From Eledone cirrhosa (Eukaryota): a stretch of DNA of 64,000 nt. A program made the position numbers and the translations under genes. The first letter of the stretch is position 1, and the number at the start of each line of letters is the position of its first letter. The notes beneath the pieces were generated by a model that was not told the DNA's origin, searched no databases, and was given only the letters and a program-made list of their open reading frames with translations. The stretch is from NCBI GenBank assembly GCA_964016885.1, contig OZ024741.1, forward strand, positions 138,384,001 through 138,448,000. The letters are read 5' to 3'. Positions 1-14,630 of the stretch are shown here, piece by piece.

Positions 1-1515
1 CCATGTGCGTTAAACACTTGCTTATCAGTCCTCCTAAGTATTTTGAGGTGAAACATACCAATTTTCTGGATACTTGCCGAAGAGCACAGAAATGGAATTT
101 TTCACTTTTTCACTTATCGTTGCGAAACGAATTTGGGTTTTGAAATATAAATTTGTCTGCGGAACAGGTTTGGGTTTTGAAATTTAAATGTGTCCAGGTA
201 TCACGGCTATTGCCAATATGGGTTTGTTTTTATTGATTTATTATTTTAAATAGAGACAGGCAAACTGTATTAATGTAATTTGTATTTTTCAATCTAGCTA
301 ACTTGGTCATTTGCAATACAAACACTTATATAATTGTATTAGTGTTTATCATATATTAATTTATATTAATTTGTATATATATATATATCATATACATATA
401 TCACGCACAAACCATCTGATTATGAAACGATCACCTTCCCATAAATATTAATACATTTATATATAAAGATGTCATTATACATATTTATATATAAAGATGT
501 CAATATACATATGTATATGTAAACCTCTAAATATATGTGTAGATACATACATATATGTGTCTGTGTGTTTTAAAAAGGCTTATTGCTGAATGGTTGACGC
601 ACGGTTTTTTTCTGTCTTGATATGTAAAGATATTTCAATTATTTTATTTGTTCTATTCATTTGTTGAAGAATATGTTGGCTATAAAACAGTGGAGTTTGT
701 TTAGAGATAGGCGAATGCAATGTTTATAGGAATGCCTTCAGGTCTGATAACGCAACTCAAAATAAACGTTTTCAATTGAATCTTATACACGCATGCAATA
801 TAGAATAGATGGGCTATTCTGCTTTCAATACTGTACTTGTATATATTTTTTTTCTATCACACCAAATGTTCTTAGTACAAGTATCTAGTATTTGATATAT
901 TCCCTAACGGGAACCATCTTGATAAATCCCATACTGATGTGTGTACGCTGCAAAAGATAGAATTAAATTTTATGGCCTAGATTTAATGTCACAAATGTTG
1001 GTGAATATATAGGATAGCTCATGCTGTTATTCTAAACGCATAGTAGAACTGTCGGGAGAGAATATGAAATGATGGAGAGAGAGAAATATAGTGGAAAAAA
1101 TAGCAGTTTATATATCTTAATTTCGCAAAATATACAAACAACTAAATCACAGAGATACTAAAAGTGGGCTATCCTATTCATACATTCTGAATACTAAAAC
1201 GACGGCATTTTATGATTTATTTTTTAACCCGATGCTTTAAGTAGATATCGTTAAACAGACCATCAATATTCTACCATATATATTGAAATTCGATTTCACT
1301 TGATATCTGCTCTCCACCGTTTTTATATACTTGTGAATTTTCCCCACATTCTAATTGACATATCCCAGTTATCGAGATGATAAAATGAGAAATATATATC
1401 GGACCGCATATATTCTACATCAGCCACAACCAGCATAGCATAATCTGCAGATTTTAGGTTCGATTACACTCTGCAATAATTTGAAGGAATTTCTTAGAAT
1501 CACATAAATTGTGAA

Positions 1516-1612
1516 GACACTTAGCTCAGTGGTCAGTGTGGTTGCCTCAAGAAAATAATACCATGGGTTCGATTCTTTCCCCAGAGGGCGTTAGGTCTTT
1601 GGGCAAAACGCT
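1516..1612 (+). mobile_element. Degenerate tRNA-derived SINE head
   Basis: A-box-like TAGCTCAGTGG and B-box-like GGTTCGATTC at tRNA-like spacing; no complete cloverleaf. Confidence 0.4.
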
Positions 1613-1867
1613 CAGCTGACAAACATTTTTGCATGTATTTCGAATTGAAAATACTTGCCACACATTGTATCTAGGTGAACATGAAAAGAACACTAAGTGT
1701 ACATGAGTCTGTACAATACTCACATACCTTCAGGTTAATTTCACTGGCAACTGTTCTGTTCTTCCAATCAAGTTGGCTATTACGCCGCCCCGAAAAATGC
1801 TCGGGAAAAATGCTCGAACTCAAAACCATTTACAGGCAAACGTATGTGTTTGTGTGTGTGTATGTGT

Positions 1868-1903
<36 letters not shown>

Positions 1904-2358
1904 AGGTAAAATAAAAAGAAAATTCTATATATGGTATATTAATGTTCCTTTTAAAAACATGAGATTACAACATACCTGCCAACATCTGAAACCGCAAACG
2001 GGGTGTACCATGGTAGAACGGGCCCCACATCGGGCGAAATGAGGGAAAAAATGGAGATTTTACAGAATGAAAGCTATACCCATTTTCACAAGAGAAGACA
2101 TGTCTAACCCACACCAAAATGTGTGGGAGATCTCCCCGTCCGACGAGGAGAGGTAACAGGTCTGTAATATTATTATGCCCACCTATACAGAAAACGCCTA
2201 GATCTATTATTCTCACCGGTTAAGATACGTGTACTAACAAATAGCCAAATAAGTATTTAAAACTAAGAGAAAGATAACCGACTACATTTACACTCCAGCC
2301 CGCGCACACACAAGAAGGGACTTAATCATCCCACACATGCAGAAAACTCGCCGAACAT

Positions 2359-2548
2359 AATTGTTTCTACTTTTGGCACAAGGCCAGCAATTATCTCAAT
2401 GTATTACTGGTACTTTACTTTATCGACCACGTAAGGATGAAAGGCAAAGTTAACCTCGGCGGGATTTGAACTCAGTCCGTAAAGGGACGTAACTGTGCTG
2501 CAAAGCATGGCGCCCGACCCTCTACCGATACTGCCAATTCACCGCCCT
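2359..2548 (-). mobile_element. tRNA-derived SINE (family S), full length
   Basis: Minus strand has A box TGGCAGTATCGG, B box GAGTTCAAATCC and central block TTTGCCTTTCATCCTTACG..GTCGATAAA..GTACCAG; at least 8 similar copies in the window. Confidence 0.9.
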
Positions 2549-5500
2549 AAAAGGATATAATGCCACACACACACATGCATATATACGAAGAGAGTGAGAG
2601 AGAAATACATACCTTTTAGGCATAAGCATACTCACATATTCCATTTAATATATCATTATCCACTCGTATATGTATATGTGGGCTCATATATATATATATA
2701 TATATAACCAAAATTAAATTAAGGATGTCATGTCTGAGAATATCAGAAACATGTGCCATACCAACTGTAGAATAAGCTCAAAGATTCTAAGGGATAATTC
2801 CGAGCATTTTATTAACATTAAATTAAAAACCGATTGGCATATATATATATATATATATATATAAATATAATAAACACATCAAACAATTACAGGGGATAAT
2901 TTGTAAAGAGTGTAAACACACATAGTTACATAGGTAACATATTAAAAATTAACGATAACCTCGAACTTACAATAATTATTAATCTCCTTTATATATATTT
3001 CATTAAAGAAATATATTTCCCCATTAATAGATTTAACTATCTGTGATTACACACTAAAAGAAAATCTGGAAATGACGAAAAGCACCTGTGGTTTAAAAAA
3101 AATATACACATCGCCTCGCCGTCAACCCAGTGACGTGAATAGGATTATCGACAGCTAGAAATAGCAGTCGAGTCCTTTCAACAGAAAACATCTCTACTGT
3201 TTAGGAGCAGTATAAATATCCAAAATTAAATTAAGGATGTCATGTTTGATAATGTCAGAATCATGCACCATACCAGCTGTAGAATAATGTTTTGTATTGT
3301 ATTACATGTATGAAATACGGAGCGGCATTATTAAGCACATATGCTCGAACACTTGGATGTTTTATTCCAAGACTACTGTAAGTATTCAGCTTTCATATTC
3401 ATATGGACCAGAAATCACCAGAGAACTGTATACATTAGGGTTATTGGGAAAACTAATAGACCTCCATTTCCTCTTTTCCCCCAGTATAAGAAAAAAACAT
3501 TAAATTTTGCTAACTTATATAAAAATTAAAAGGAAGCAAAAAACAACCAAAACAAAACTAAACAAAAACAAACTCTCTGTATGCAATGGAACATTCAAAA
3601 TTTGTGATTAAATGTACATTCTTTATTATCCTAAAGGTGACACAGAAGTGATATAAATAGCTATCAATGAACGAGTGTCCTCATGTAGCTTTGAACGATG
3701 GCAGTTTTAGTTTTCAAATTTCATACTCTATATTTCAGAAATCGGAAGACAAACATTATATTTAAATAGGGCACTTCAATTGGATAGACAAGATCAGTTT
3801 CTATTTATTTTTTTATATGTTAACCTCCTTTATGGTGCAAAATGTTATTTCTCGTGTAATATCCTTACATTTTATATATTGAAATAACAACGTTGTCATA
3901 CCTGTAAAAGCACTTACCTACATATACATAAGTGATTTTACACACACAAACAAAAACACGCACGCACACACGCAGACACGCACACAAACACATCTTTCTC
4001 GCTCTCTCTTTCAGCCTCTCTGTCTCTCTATGTCTGTGTATGTATATATGTATATATATATATATGGAGAAACCCATCCCAAATATAATTTGATATTCTT
4101 CACAATTCAAATGAATGTAACAATATTTGACATCGAATAACTAAAACATGTTTATAAGTCAGAAAGGTTAAGATGGAAGAGAAGAAAATGAAATTGTTAA
4201 TTTATTTGTTTATACTTATATATGCGTGCCTCTATCTTTTTGTCTCCGTGTGTAGTCTTGGATATATATATCTATGGCTATGTTCTTATGTGAGTAGCAT
4301 TGCATATATATGTCTCTGCATTTGTCTATCTGTATGTGATATACTGAAACCATGTATAGTAAAATAATAAATAAATATATATTTAGTGTTACTGATAGGA
4401 GAATAGTGTGATTTACAAACACGAATTTTGCGTTGGTGTTCTAGTCTTAGGAAGTTTTAAGCCTCAGTTTATTATTAGATGCATCTAGGAAAGAAAATAA
4501 AGATTGACAAAATTGAAAATAATTGGTTTAGGATCACCTTCGGTTATTGCCTGCTTTGAGATAATTATTTGTCATTGTCTCACGTTTACAGCAAATTGAA
4601 TTCCTTGTAAGAAGAATGGAAAGGTCGATTGCTAGAGCAAGAATATGAACTTTAATAAATGTTACATTACGTTGGTAGAGAAGACAAAGTTCACATAGCT
4701 ATAATACATGATATACTGTTGTCGTTCCAGAATATTTTTGTACATAAGCAATTTGTATTCGCTCGTGTATTAAGTTTATATGTTATTTACTTTCAAACTA
4801 AGCGATACGCTGGCACTTTCTCTTGACTTATTGAACTTAGGAGCTTCAATTGCCCTGACTGCAAGTTACTTATAGTATAGTTTCCACCATGTAAAGAAAA
4901 AAGTTTTTAATCATAAAAAGTTATCGTAAATTATTTAACATGTTTGTAAAGAGAACCATTTGAGCGAGTATAGTCAATATTATGATAAAAATCTAGTATT
5001 TATGTGTGCAGGTCTATTATATAGTTATCGTATATGGCACTGGTTGCAAATAAATCCGTTAATAGCTGGGTCATTAACTCTTCGTGGAATCGTAGGAACG
5101 CTGTCATTACATAGTATATAACTAGTGTACTTAATCTTATTCCCATCCCTCTCCGTTACTGTGGTTGAATAACAACAACACAATGAACCGCATAAATAGT
5201 AACAGGAGGTCAATAGTTTTAAAGGAGAAATAAAAAGGAAAGTTGATATATTACTGCAAACATGTATTAAGGGAATTTAGAGTAAGATTTCGTTAACACT
5301 ACAACACTACTACTTCAAACATTCACTCATTAAAGTGTGGGGACGTTCATGTTTTTGAACCACGAGACAACTAAAATAAAGTAGACAGATGGCCAATCAC
5401 ATTACGTCCATGGAAACACTGTATTTTAATCAGGCATGGTTCTTTATTATCATATATTATTCGAATTTCTTAGAATTTCTTTGTTTTGAGGATAATTCTA

Positions 5501-6819
5501 GTGCTATTTTTAGCAGGTTGGGGACTAGACAGTAGTTCCATGGTTGTTTTGAACACTGTCATAATATATTGACAAGCGAACATGATTTCGGAACATTAAT
5601 AGGTGTCTGAGTGCTGCATTAGCATCGAAATATAAATACGATGTTCCGAAAAGAGGATAGTATTCTTACATCCTAGACTCTAGATTAGGCGATGCAAATA
5701 TATAATCTTTTTAAACGTTAAGTGATGTAAAATATTTAATTCTTTATGTATTTGGACTCAAAAAGACACCAATCTTATTTACATCAAGAGGAAATACTTT
5801 TAGAAACAAAAGCAACTATATATCTAACATTTCTGTCTGTCAATCTGATATATTTGTGAATTTCTTTTAAGGATTATCAGATATCATCAACGCAAAATAA
5901 ATATTTCTCTCGCAGAACACATCAAATTAGTCGCAACACATTGCAAACATTAGCACCGAATATTCATATGATGTGAGTAGAAATATGATAAAAAGGAAGA
6001 AAGTAACCGACTGTCAACATTTACGAACAACAAATCGGAGTAGCCATCATTTAATTTAGAAACATCATACACGGAACATACTTGCTAAACATTTCCTTAA
6101 GATTTCTGCAAGTAGCCGCACACATAGCCTTCTGCAGATACCAGCCAATCTACTCAAGTCTTACACATTATAAACTTAGAAGAGGGAGAAACATGAAAGA
6201 TAGTCCAGTCACATATAAGAATAGGTTAGGTGTAGATATGGCAGACACCTTAAAGCATTAGACATCTGTTCCCTTTCTCTGCTTTCCCATTTCAAATCGC
6301 TTCCAGGTCCATTTTTACCTTTCTTCATTCCGGGGTCGATATTAGAAAGTACAAGCGCAGTGTTGGTGCAGGTCTCTCACCTTCCGCCTCTCATGAACTC
6401 TCATTAGTATAACTAACTTTAATGCATATCTAACTTTAATGCATAACTAACTGGAATGAGAATGCACACTCATTCAAAACATATAGATATTAATTCTTGC
6501 ACGGTATATTGTTTTATTTTAACTTGTAGAAAGGAATAGATTTAAATCCCTTACAATAAAATAAGGTGATTATATAGGTTCAGCTTGAGATCTATTAAAA
6601 TGCTTCGGTATTGTTTATATGAGTTTGAGCAGCTGTTGCACTAAATATGTGATGGATGGCATAGTTTCCGCTCACGATATGAACATGTACGGGGATCCTT
6701 GTGGGAATTTAGGCCAAGAATTATAAGTCCGTAACTAAATGTCACATGTAATTATGTTTGATGCTCTGCCATTTCTATTATCCCAAGCAACACCCCTTCC
6801 TAATAATGTGATAATTGTT

Positions 6820-7110
6820 GCTAATTTAGACACAAGACCAGCAATCGGAAAGATGTTGAAATCGACGCAGCATTTCTAATCCACATAATAATGCTTTCTA
6901 ATTTAGACACAAGCCGAACAATTTGGTGTAGGGCGTGTGTCTGTGTGTGTGGGGGGGATTGTTCATTGTCGATTTAATTGTCAACATTATTTGTCCGGTA
7001 CTTTTTATAATCGACTCTTGAAGGTTGAGGGTCAAAGAAGACCTCGTTAGGTTTTGAGTTCAGAAGAATCAGAATTAAATGCCACACTAGATTCTGTCCG
7101 AAGTGTTACC
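6820..7110 (-). mobile_element. Degenerate SINE related to family S, with duplicated tail
   Basis: Tail ataattgttgctaatttagacacaag occurs twice; diverged central block ggtactttttataatcgactcttgaagg. Confidence 0.55.
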
Positions 7111-8365
7111 GTTTAATGCTCTTCTAATAAAAAAAAAAAAGATATAAAAAAGGCTATGTTTTTTTGAGAGGAGCCATGCCTGAGTTTCAGTGAGTGGAGG
7201 GAGGTGGAATTAAAGTAACATTTAAAATGTTATGAAAAAACAATTCATGTAAGAAAACTTAATTTACTTCATCAGTAATCAATTGGGCTCAAGGTTGTCG
7301 ACCTACTCTCAGTGAGGCCTGGAAATTGATAGTATATCTCTGATGTCGACCAGGTGAACGACAAGAACTTGAGACAGAAACAGAATTATACCTAAGAAAA
7401 AAAGATGTAAACAACTTTAGTTTGCTAGATCTGTTCGTAGATGACTTACTTCGAAACCCAAATTTACTGAGACGGCGAATTGGCAGAAGTTTTAGAATGT
7501 AGGCTGGGATAGTTTGCAGTATTTGTTTCGGCTCTCTGCTCTGTGAATTCACGCCCCATTGAGTTCAATTTTGCCTTGCTTCCATTCAAGGCCGATAAAA
7601 TATATACCAGTCTATTATTGGGGTCCATTCTTCTTGTACATCGCTTTGTCACTCCCCTTCTCTCTCTTCTTCTCTGGAAGAAATCTGCTGTGTTCAGACC
7701 TGACTGAAAATGCATAAGAAATGACGTATGTCACTACTGCGCCTTTACAACTCCATCGTGAGTTACGGGACCATAGCTCCCTTTGCTGGCTCACATAAAT
7801 TATGTCATCTCCAACAATCTTAAAATATCTCAGTACAATATATTCAGTAGAATCCTGGGTTAAAATACATCATATTTAATTAAATTAAATTATGTGCTTG
7901 TCTACTCTCTTCTTTATTTTATTGATCAGAAATACACATTAACGTAATGCATTTTTCTCATCACTGGGATTATAATTTCAATTAATTAACATTTCTTTCC
8001 TCTCTACATCCAGGAAGTTACAGACTAATATATTACATCGGTATTTATATAAGTCTTTGCGTAATCGGTAAATAAATTCGATTTGAATTGCATTAAATAT
8101 TGAAACTTTTTCTATTTGATTCCTATTCTCTCGTAATATATATGAATAAAATCAGTACTAAAATATAAGACACAAAACATGTTTACGTTCCTGATATCTT
8201 TATATCTTTTATTATTTTATTTTTCTGCTGACGGTCACTAGTTTGCTACCAAGTTCGGGCACAGCCCAGGCGTAGTCGATCGTAGAACCCCGTAAATTAT
8301 ATTTTCAAATTTCTCACTAATTATATCGATAGATATAATTAACGTGACATAACCCCCTCCACACA

Positions 8366-8397
<32 letters not shown>

Positions 8398-9469
8398 TAC
8401 ACACACACACACACACGCATATATATATATATATATATAGATATATACATTTGTATTACGACGGTGGTCACTATAGTTTCTCTACCGAATTCAGTAATGC
8501 AATATTGGTCCATTTAAGGCTGTAAAAGAAAACAAGGAAATAAATCCACAAGTTAACACGTAGTCACACATGACCACGGACCGAACTCCACAACCGAGCC
8601 AACACTTATACATAGAGATCATTTAAAAGTCATATAGCATTTATCTATTATTATATATATTAATATTAAATATATCTTATTTTATGTTTTCTCACTCGGA
8701 ATAATATTTATTGCCGAATCTATTAATAATGTTTGTGAATTTGACATTTCATCAAGTGATTTTAGTATATTTCACATCATCTTAAAAACCAAAAAAATAA
8801 AAAACAAAAACAAGTGTTTTTAATATTAAAAACACACACCATTTATCGTGATCCTGTCTGTATTTCAGGAAATAATTGATATTATTATGATTATAGTGTT
8901 CGGGACCTGGACATTAAAACTGATTCAATGACTTTGCTGTCTCTTTTTAATATGTTTGCGTCTCCGTTGTATATTTCGAAATAATATATTTATTTAATTA
9001 TTTATCGCGGAATGGTTCTATATCCGGAAACGGATATATCTCATGATGCGGTTGATTATTGAACCTCCGTCCATTCTGATGATGCGTGTGTGTTGCAATT
9101 GTTTGGTCAACGAATATACGTACTTGTGAGGTTAATGTGTAATAGCTAAGAATCACACGCACCGGTGTAATCTTAATGTAGTTCTCAATCATATTTAGCC
9201 AGACAGACAACCTGTAGGAGAAGTTTTAACCCTTGAATTACAAGAACAATTGAGGATTTCCACTTCAGTGGACTGGAGCAACGTGTTATATAGTGCTAGA
9301 TCGGGAATGGATTCAACGACAATATGACCTTGCGCCGAATGCCCTCACGATTCATATACGCACCTGTATGGATGTTCTGCATTTATTATTTGATAACCCT
9401 TCACCAATAGATTGCGTGTGTGAGTGTGCGCTTGCGCGCGCGCGCGCGTCTGTGTGTGTGTGAGAGAGG

Positions 9470-9527
<58 letters not shown>

Positions 9528-9632
9528 TTTTCTATTACAGACACATGATTCTTTCATTGGGATTCTGACATCAAATAAGTAAATATGTATTCATGTCTAT
9601 ATGACTATGTTTGTGTATATATATATATATAT

Positions 9633-10589
9633 ACTAGACATGAAAAATGCGCAAGCTCAAAAGTGCCACAGAATGTTATAATAAACCTTCAAAAGTGTGG
9701 GACTAGAGTTGTTGCTAAAAAATATTGTAATCATTATATATCGTACATTCTGTGGCATCCTTTATAAAAATAGCTTAAACCAACGAAGCCTTTATTTTTA
9801 CGCTATTTCACTTAGTTAATTCTTAGAGTGTAACATATAAAAATATGATTTACAACTATAAAATAAATTAATTAATATAATAACAGAGCTGCGGAGCTGA
9901 AATTTAGGAAATAAGGGAATATCGGATCCTGAGTTGGAGCCAGTCAATTTTTGGCCGACTCCGCAGCCCTGTATAATACATTTCATATTAAAGTTATTAA
10001 TAAACCTATTTTACACTGCATGCAAATTACCATGAGATATTGATATTAGATATAAGATACAGCGCAATATCTACAGCTGTAAAAGTACGAAAGCGAAGTA
10101 ATAATAAGTGGCTTAAGGTAATTCCAATATGAAAGTTTGTAGTGATAAAAATTTGATAATGCAATACGATTGTTAATATTATAGTTCTATGAAAATGTAA
10201 CAATAGATAACTAAATTATTTTACTATTAGTATATTTAAGAAATTATCATTATAGATTTGATCGTTCATATAAGCATCATATTAATTTTCAACACAATTA
10301 TTTTGTTACTATGAGTATATGATAATAATATTACGTAATTATTTATAGCTGTTATTACATTAAACATAGATGTATTTATTTTTATATGTTACACTCTAAG
10401 AATTAACTAAGTGAAATAGCGTAAAAATAAAGGCTTCGTTGGTTTAAGCTATTTTTATAAAGGATGCCACAGAATGTACGATATATAATGATTACAATAT
10501 TTTTTAGCAACAACTCTAGTCCCACACTTTTGAAGGTTTATTATAACATTCTGTGGCACTTTTGAGCTTGCGCATTTTTCATGTCTAGT
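9633..10589. mobile_element. Non-autonomous DNA transposon / fold-back element with ~210-bp near-perfect terminal inverted repeats
   Basis: 9633-9845 is the reverse complement of 10377-10589; AT-rich non-coding interior. Confidence 0.8.
9884..9971. mobile_element. 88-bp MITE nested in the TIR element (hAT-like by TSD length)
   Basis: Ends CAGAGCTGCGGAG / CTCCGCAGCCCTG are inverted repeats; flanks TATAATAA and TATAATAC match at 7/8. Confidence 0.6.
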
Positions 10590-11144
10590 TTTATATTTTT
10601 TTAAGGCAACGCTTGTAATAACTCTAGTTAAAGAGGATATATATTAATAATAAATTATCGTTGTAATGTAATTAGATTATGTAATTGTTATTATAAATTA
10701 TCTTATAAATATTAGTGTAAGATGTATAAAAATATTTTCAGACTTTTAATATAAACAACTACAAAAAACAATCAATATTAAATCAATATATTATACATAA
10801 TAGAAAACATAAAATAAACAATACAAAAACAAAATATTTACATACAATTGCAATTATCAGTGTATATACATTTTCTTTATATTCCCTGAGCAAATTAATA
10901 AGATTTGTTTTTATTGTACATAATTTGATGACTTGTTGGAGTGTATTAAAAGATAGCAACAATTTGTGATTAAATTGTTATCTTAAGCAACTCACTTTTT
11001 AATAGTTGTTGGCTGAGCGAATTTGTAAAAGCCTATGAGCAAATATAAAAAAAAATACACAAACAACATTTCCTTGTGTTATTACAACATTAGATAAAAT
11101 AATTGAGCAATGTCGTTATATTTTGCTCTTATTGCACATTAATA

Positions 11145-11312
11145 GTGTTTCTATTTTTCGGCACAAATCCATTACGGCAGTCCATTACTGGTACTTTATT
11201 TTATCGAATTAGTAAGTATGAAAGTCGAAGTTAACCTCGGCAGGATTTGAACTTAGAATGCAAAGGACCATAACAATACTGCAAAGCATGGTGTCTGACG
11301 CTCTACCAATAC
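11145..11312 (-). mobile_element. SINE family S copy
   Basis: Similar to 2359-2548 (ttactggtactttattttatcga...gttaacctcggcaggatttgaac). Confidence 0.85.
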
Positions 11313-11789
11313 TTGTGTTGAGCTGGTCATTAATTTATGGTGGTCGTGCGTGGAGTAGAGCAATCGCTAGTTGAAATATTATGAACAAAACATTTTTATT
11401 TGCCGAAGAACATATTTTCAATACTGTTTGTGAATGTGACGAAGGAAATACATTCTGATATGGAACAGTGTACAAAGTGTGTCTGTGAATAACATAATGT
11501 TACCTCATGTTGTTGTCAAGACATAATGGATTTCGTTTATCCAGTTAGAAGATGAAACCTAGCCATCTCGGATTAGTTATATTTCATGCCATGTGTAAAC
11601 GTGTTTGAGGATAGCAAAATATGCGTGTTTCTTGTCTGGAAACTTTCTGCTAAACTGATTGGTTTCGTTTTTGGCACTATACAATACTCATCCAACAGAT
11701 AGCTGTATTGGATCCTTGATTGGTTAATATTTAGGTGAGGGTGCTTGATGCAGAGTTAGTGCAAAATGGATCAATGTGGATCAATGAGT

Positions 11790-12445
11790 GTAATAATAAT
11801 AATGATAATAATAATGAAAATATTGTGTACAATGCTGAGGTGCACTACAACTCATCAAAAGTGCATATATAATACATAGGGTAATATAAAAACGTCAGGA
11901 AAAAAGAACAGTGCATGAGTCATGATATACACATATGTGCATGTGTATGGAAGGGGAACATCAGGTGTAGTTTTGGTGTATTTCGGAATGTATGATGGTT
12001 TTAAAGGATGCAGTGTGTCATCAGCTAACAACTGATGCAGGAAGTTTGTTCCATCCTTCAGCAACTCTGAGCATGAAGAAATATTTCCTAAAGTCATGGG
12101 AGCTGTGTTGTTTTCTGACTTTGTAGGCATGTCCACGTGTTAGACACATGGAGATCAAAAAGGTGTTCGGGGTTGTTGTTGGTCGGATGGTTAATAACTT
12201 TGTGGGTGTTTACCAAGTCCATTGCCAGAGGGAAGCAAAATATTCAGGGTATGGTAGGTGTCTGATGGAGGGTATGCGCTTGGTTGCATGTCTCTGAACA
12301 GTTTCCAGGAGGTCAATGTTCTGAGCAAGATAGGGGTTCCAGACTGATGACGCGAACTCCAAGTGTATTCGTACCATAGATGTATACAGCTTTAAATAGA
12401 TGGCTGGAGTGCAGCTAATGAAGGTCTTGCTGATTGATGCCAAGT
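11790..12445 (-). mobile_element. CR1-clade LINE, 3' fragment
   Basis: ORF 12210-12479 contains LYTSMVRIHLEFASSVWNPY...LETVQRHATKRI, the typical post-RT region of CR1 ORF2; ends in an (ATT)n tail at ~11790-11815. Confidence 0.8.
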
Positions 12446-12630
12446 CAATCTTAATAAATTGACTGATTGATCTGTTCACTACTGCTAATCCACCGCTGTT
12501 TGTACAATTTTTTAGATAATGTCAATTTGAGCTTGAATCATTGGCGTAATGAAATTTGAAAAGATTATAAGCAAATCTTTTTTAAAATACACAGACAACA
12601 TTTAACTGTATCGTTGCAACATTAGATCTA

Positions 12631-12809
12631 ATAATTGTTTCTACTTTAGGCACAAGGCCAGCAATTACCCAGTGCATTACTGGTACTTTATTTTATCTAC
12701 CCCGTAAGGATGAAAGGCAAAGTCAACCTCGGCAGGATTTGAACTCAGATCGTAAAGGGACGTAACTATGCTGGAAAGCATGGCATCCGACCCTCTACCA
12801 ATACTGCCA
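12631..12809 (-). mobile_element. SINE family S copy
   Basis: Closely similar to the other copies, with A and B boxes. Confidence 0.9.
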
Positions 12810-12839
12810 AAATAATGGAGCAACATTTGTGCAGAATTA

Positions 12840-13300
12840 TTGTTTGTGCAATAAGATATTTGCAGATCTGTACTCGGTCTGCTCTTTAGCCAACTCGGTA
12901 CGTTTAGAAGCTCTACGCTCGGCTTGCTTTTGAGATATAATAGCTGAATTTGCAGATCTATACTTGGCCTGCTTGTTTGCCAACTCATACCGTTTTGAAC
13001 ATCTATACTTGGCCTGTTTTTGTGTTAATTTAGCAAAATTCACAGCTCTATAATCGGCCTGTTTTTGTCTCAACTTCTCCCGATTCCGCATCCGGTAAGC
13101 TGCTTTCACATCCAATTTAATACGCCCATCTAGATTATTAGCACAGGAATGTGAACAAGCTTGTGGGACCGCATCATTGTAAGTATATGAACTGCCTGCA
13201 ACATCAAGACCCAATTCACAAGTGCAGCGTTGCTCATTCACATCGGCAGTGGGGACACCAAAATCAGTGACAGCTCTCGATTCACTCGCGAGATACATCA
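12840..13300 (-). pseudogene. Fragment coding a 15-aa K/R/Q/A helical repeat, probably a Helitron Rep/Hel N-terminus
   Basis: Units LRQKQADYRAVNFAK / LTQKQAKYRCSKRYE / LANKQAKYRSANSAI with 45-nt DNA periodicity; family assignment is inference. Confidence 0.45.
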
Positions 13301-13329
13301 CAGCTACACTATATATTTAAACATATATA

Positions 13330-13390
13330 CAGTGATACCTCGCTACTTGGCGGTTCAACTATCGCGGATTCACGATTTCGCGCAGTTTTA
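13330..13390. mobile_element. Solo pogo/Tigger-like terminal sequence
   Basis: TA|CAGTGATACCTCGCTACTTGGCGG...TCGCGGATTCACGATTTCGCG resembles pogo/Tigger termini; no partner end seen. Confidence 0.4.
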
Positions 13391-13582
13391 GAATATATAT
13401 ATGAACACCTAAACTTTTTCATTAAATCCATTAAAATATTAATAATAAACACAGTTCTAATCATACGCTATATATATATATATATATATAAATATAAGTA
13501 ATTAATACCGTATAAATGGTACAAAGACTGTTTATGTAAAATGTATTTCTCAACAGAGTATTGAATACTTAGGAGAAATTCA

Positions 13583-13792
13583 AAACGAAGAGTGATAAAA
13601 TTTCAAGCAAAGAGTTTAATTAGGTAATGACTTACAAATTTGTTTCAGTATATAGACAAAGCCTGAAGCGCTAATTATAATAATTAGTTAATAATATTAC
13701 AAAATATATTAATATTATATTAAATATATACTGAAACAAATTTGTAAGTCATTACCTAATTAAACTCTTTGCTTGAAATGTTATCATTCTTC

Positions 13793-13796
<4 letters not shown>
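13583..13796. repeat. Inverted repeat with ~70-bp arms next to (TA)n; probable PLE pLTR remnant
   Basis: 13583-13654 pairs with 13727-13796; arms carry GAAACAAATTTGTA, an HHR 3'-half with a palindromic stem III. Confidence 0.7.
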
Positions 13797-13860
<64 letters not shown>

Positions 13861-14630
13861 TTATCTAGTCCTTCGCTCAAGATTAATCTATAAGTTTAGA
13901 TGTCTGCCTTCGTTTAAGTAAATATTACAGTAAGATTTTTAATATAAACAACTACAAAAAACAATTAATATTAAAACGAAAAAGTTATCAATGATAAAAG
14001 AAGCGGATGCAACTTTTTTTTTTATAAAGTTATATTCCTGTTTCTTTAAAGAACATTTCATTTTTGTTCTATTGTAGGCGAAATAATGCAATGGTTTAAT
14101 AGGGAAGATATAACTTACCAATTATGTCTCTAACCGTGTAACGCTTTTTAAGTAGATAACTACAATTGAAAATACTAAAGAAATGGAACCAACAATTCAA
14201 TTTGAAAGTCGTCTACTTATAGTGACAGTGTATTACTGGTACTTTATTTTATCGACCCCGTAACGATGAAATGCAAATGCTTAAAATTTAAATTGCCTTA
14301 ATTCTATCGTCTGCTGTTTCATTAAAGGGAGATTCTCGTCTGTATTTAATTCTATCGTCTACTGTTCCACTAAACAGATATACCTCCACTATCGTCTCTA
14401 TTTATACATTTTAACTTATAACTTATACACATTTGATTTGAAATATTTTATCTAGTCCCCCCTCTCAATATTATGATGATTTCTTTCGAATGAAACAGTT
14501 CTAGTCCTATAGAAGCCATTTATATATATAATTGAACTGAGTTAAAAATTCACAATATTTATAATTAAATAAGCTCATATATATATGTGTGTATTTATCT
14601 GTTTATTGTATTATATATAATGTGTGTATA

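Noticed and set aside
2709-3286. ~65-bp direct repeat (2709-2777 and 3220-3286)
   Set aside because: Looks like two pieces of an ordinary interspersed repeat, with no LTR or TSD features
7270-7720. Possible host exons on the minus strand (TTTTCAG and TTCTTAG acceptors, GTAAGT donor)
   Set aside because: All three frames of the putative first exon hit stops and there is no recognisable domain; a non-coding exon or pseudogene cannot be excluded
8237-8275. Helitron 3' end on the minus strand (GC hairpin then CTAG|T)
   Set aside because: No 5' end or second copy found; could be chance
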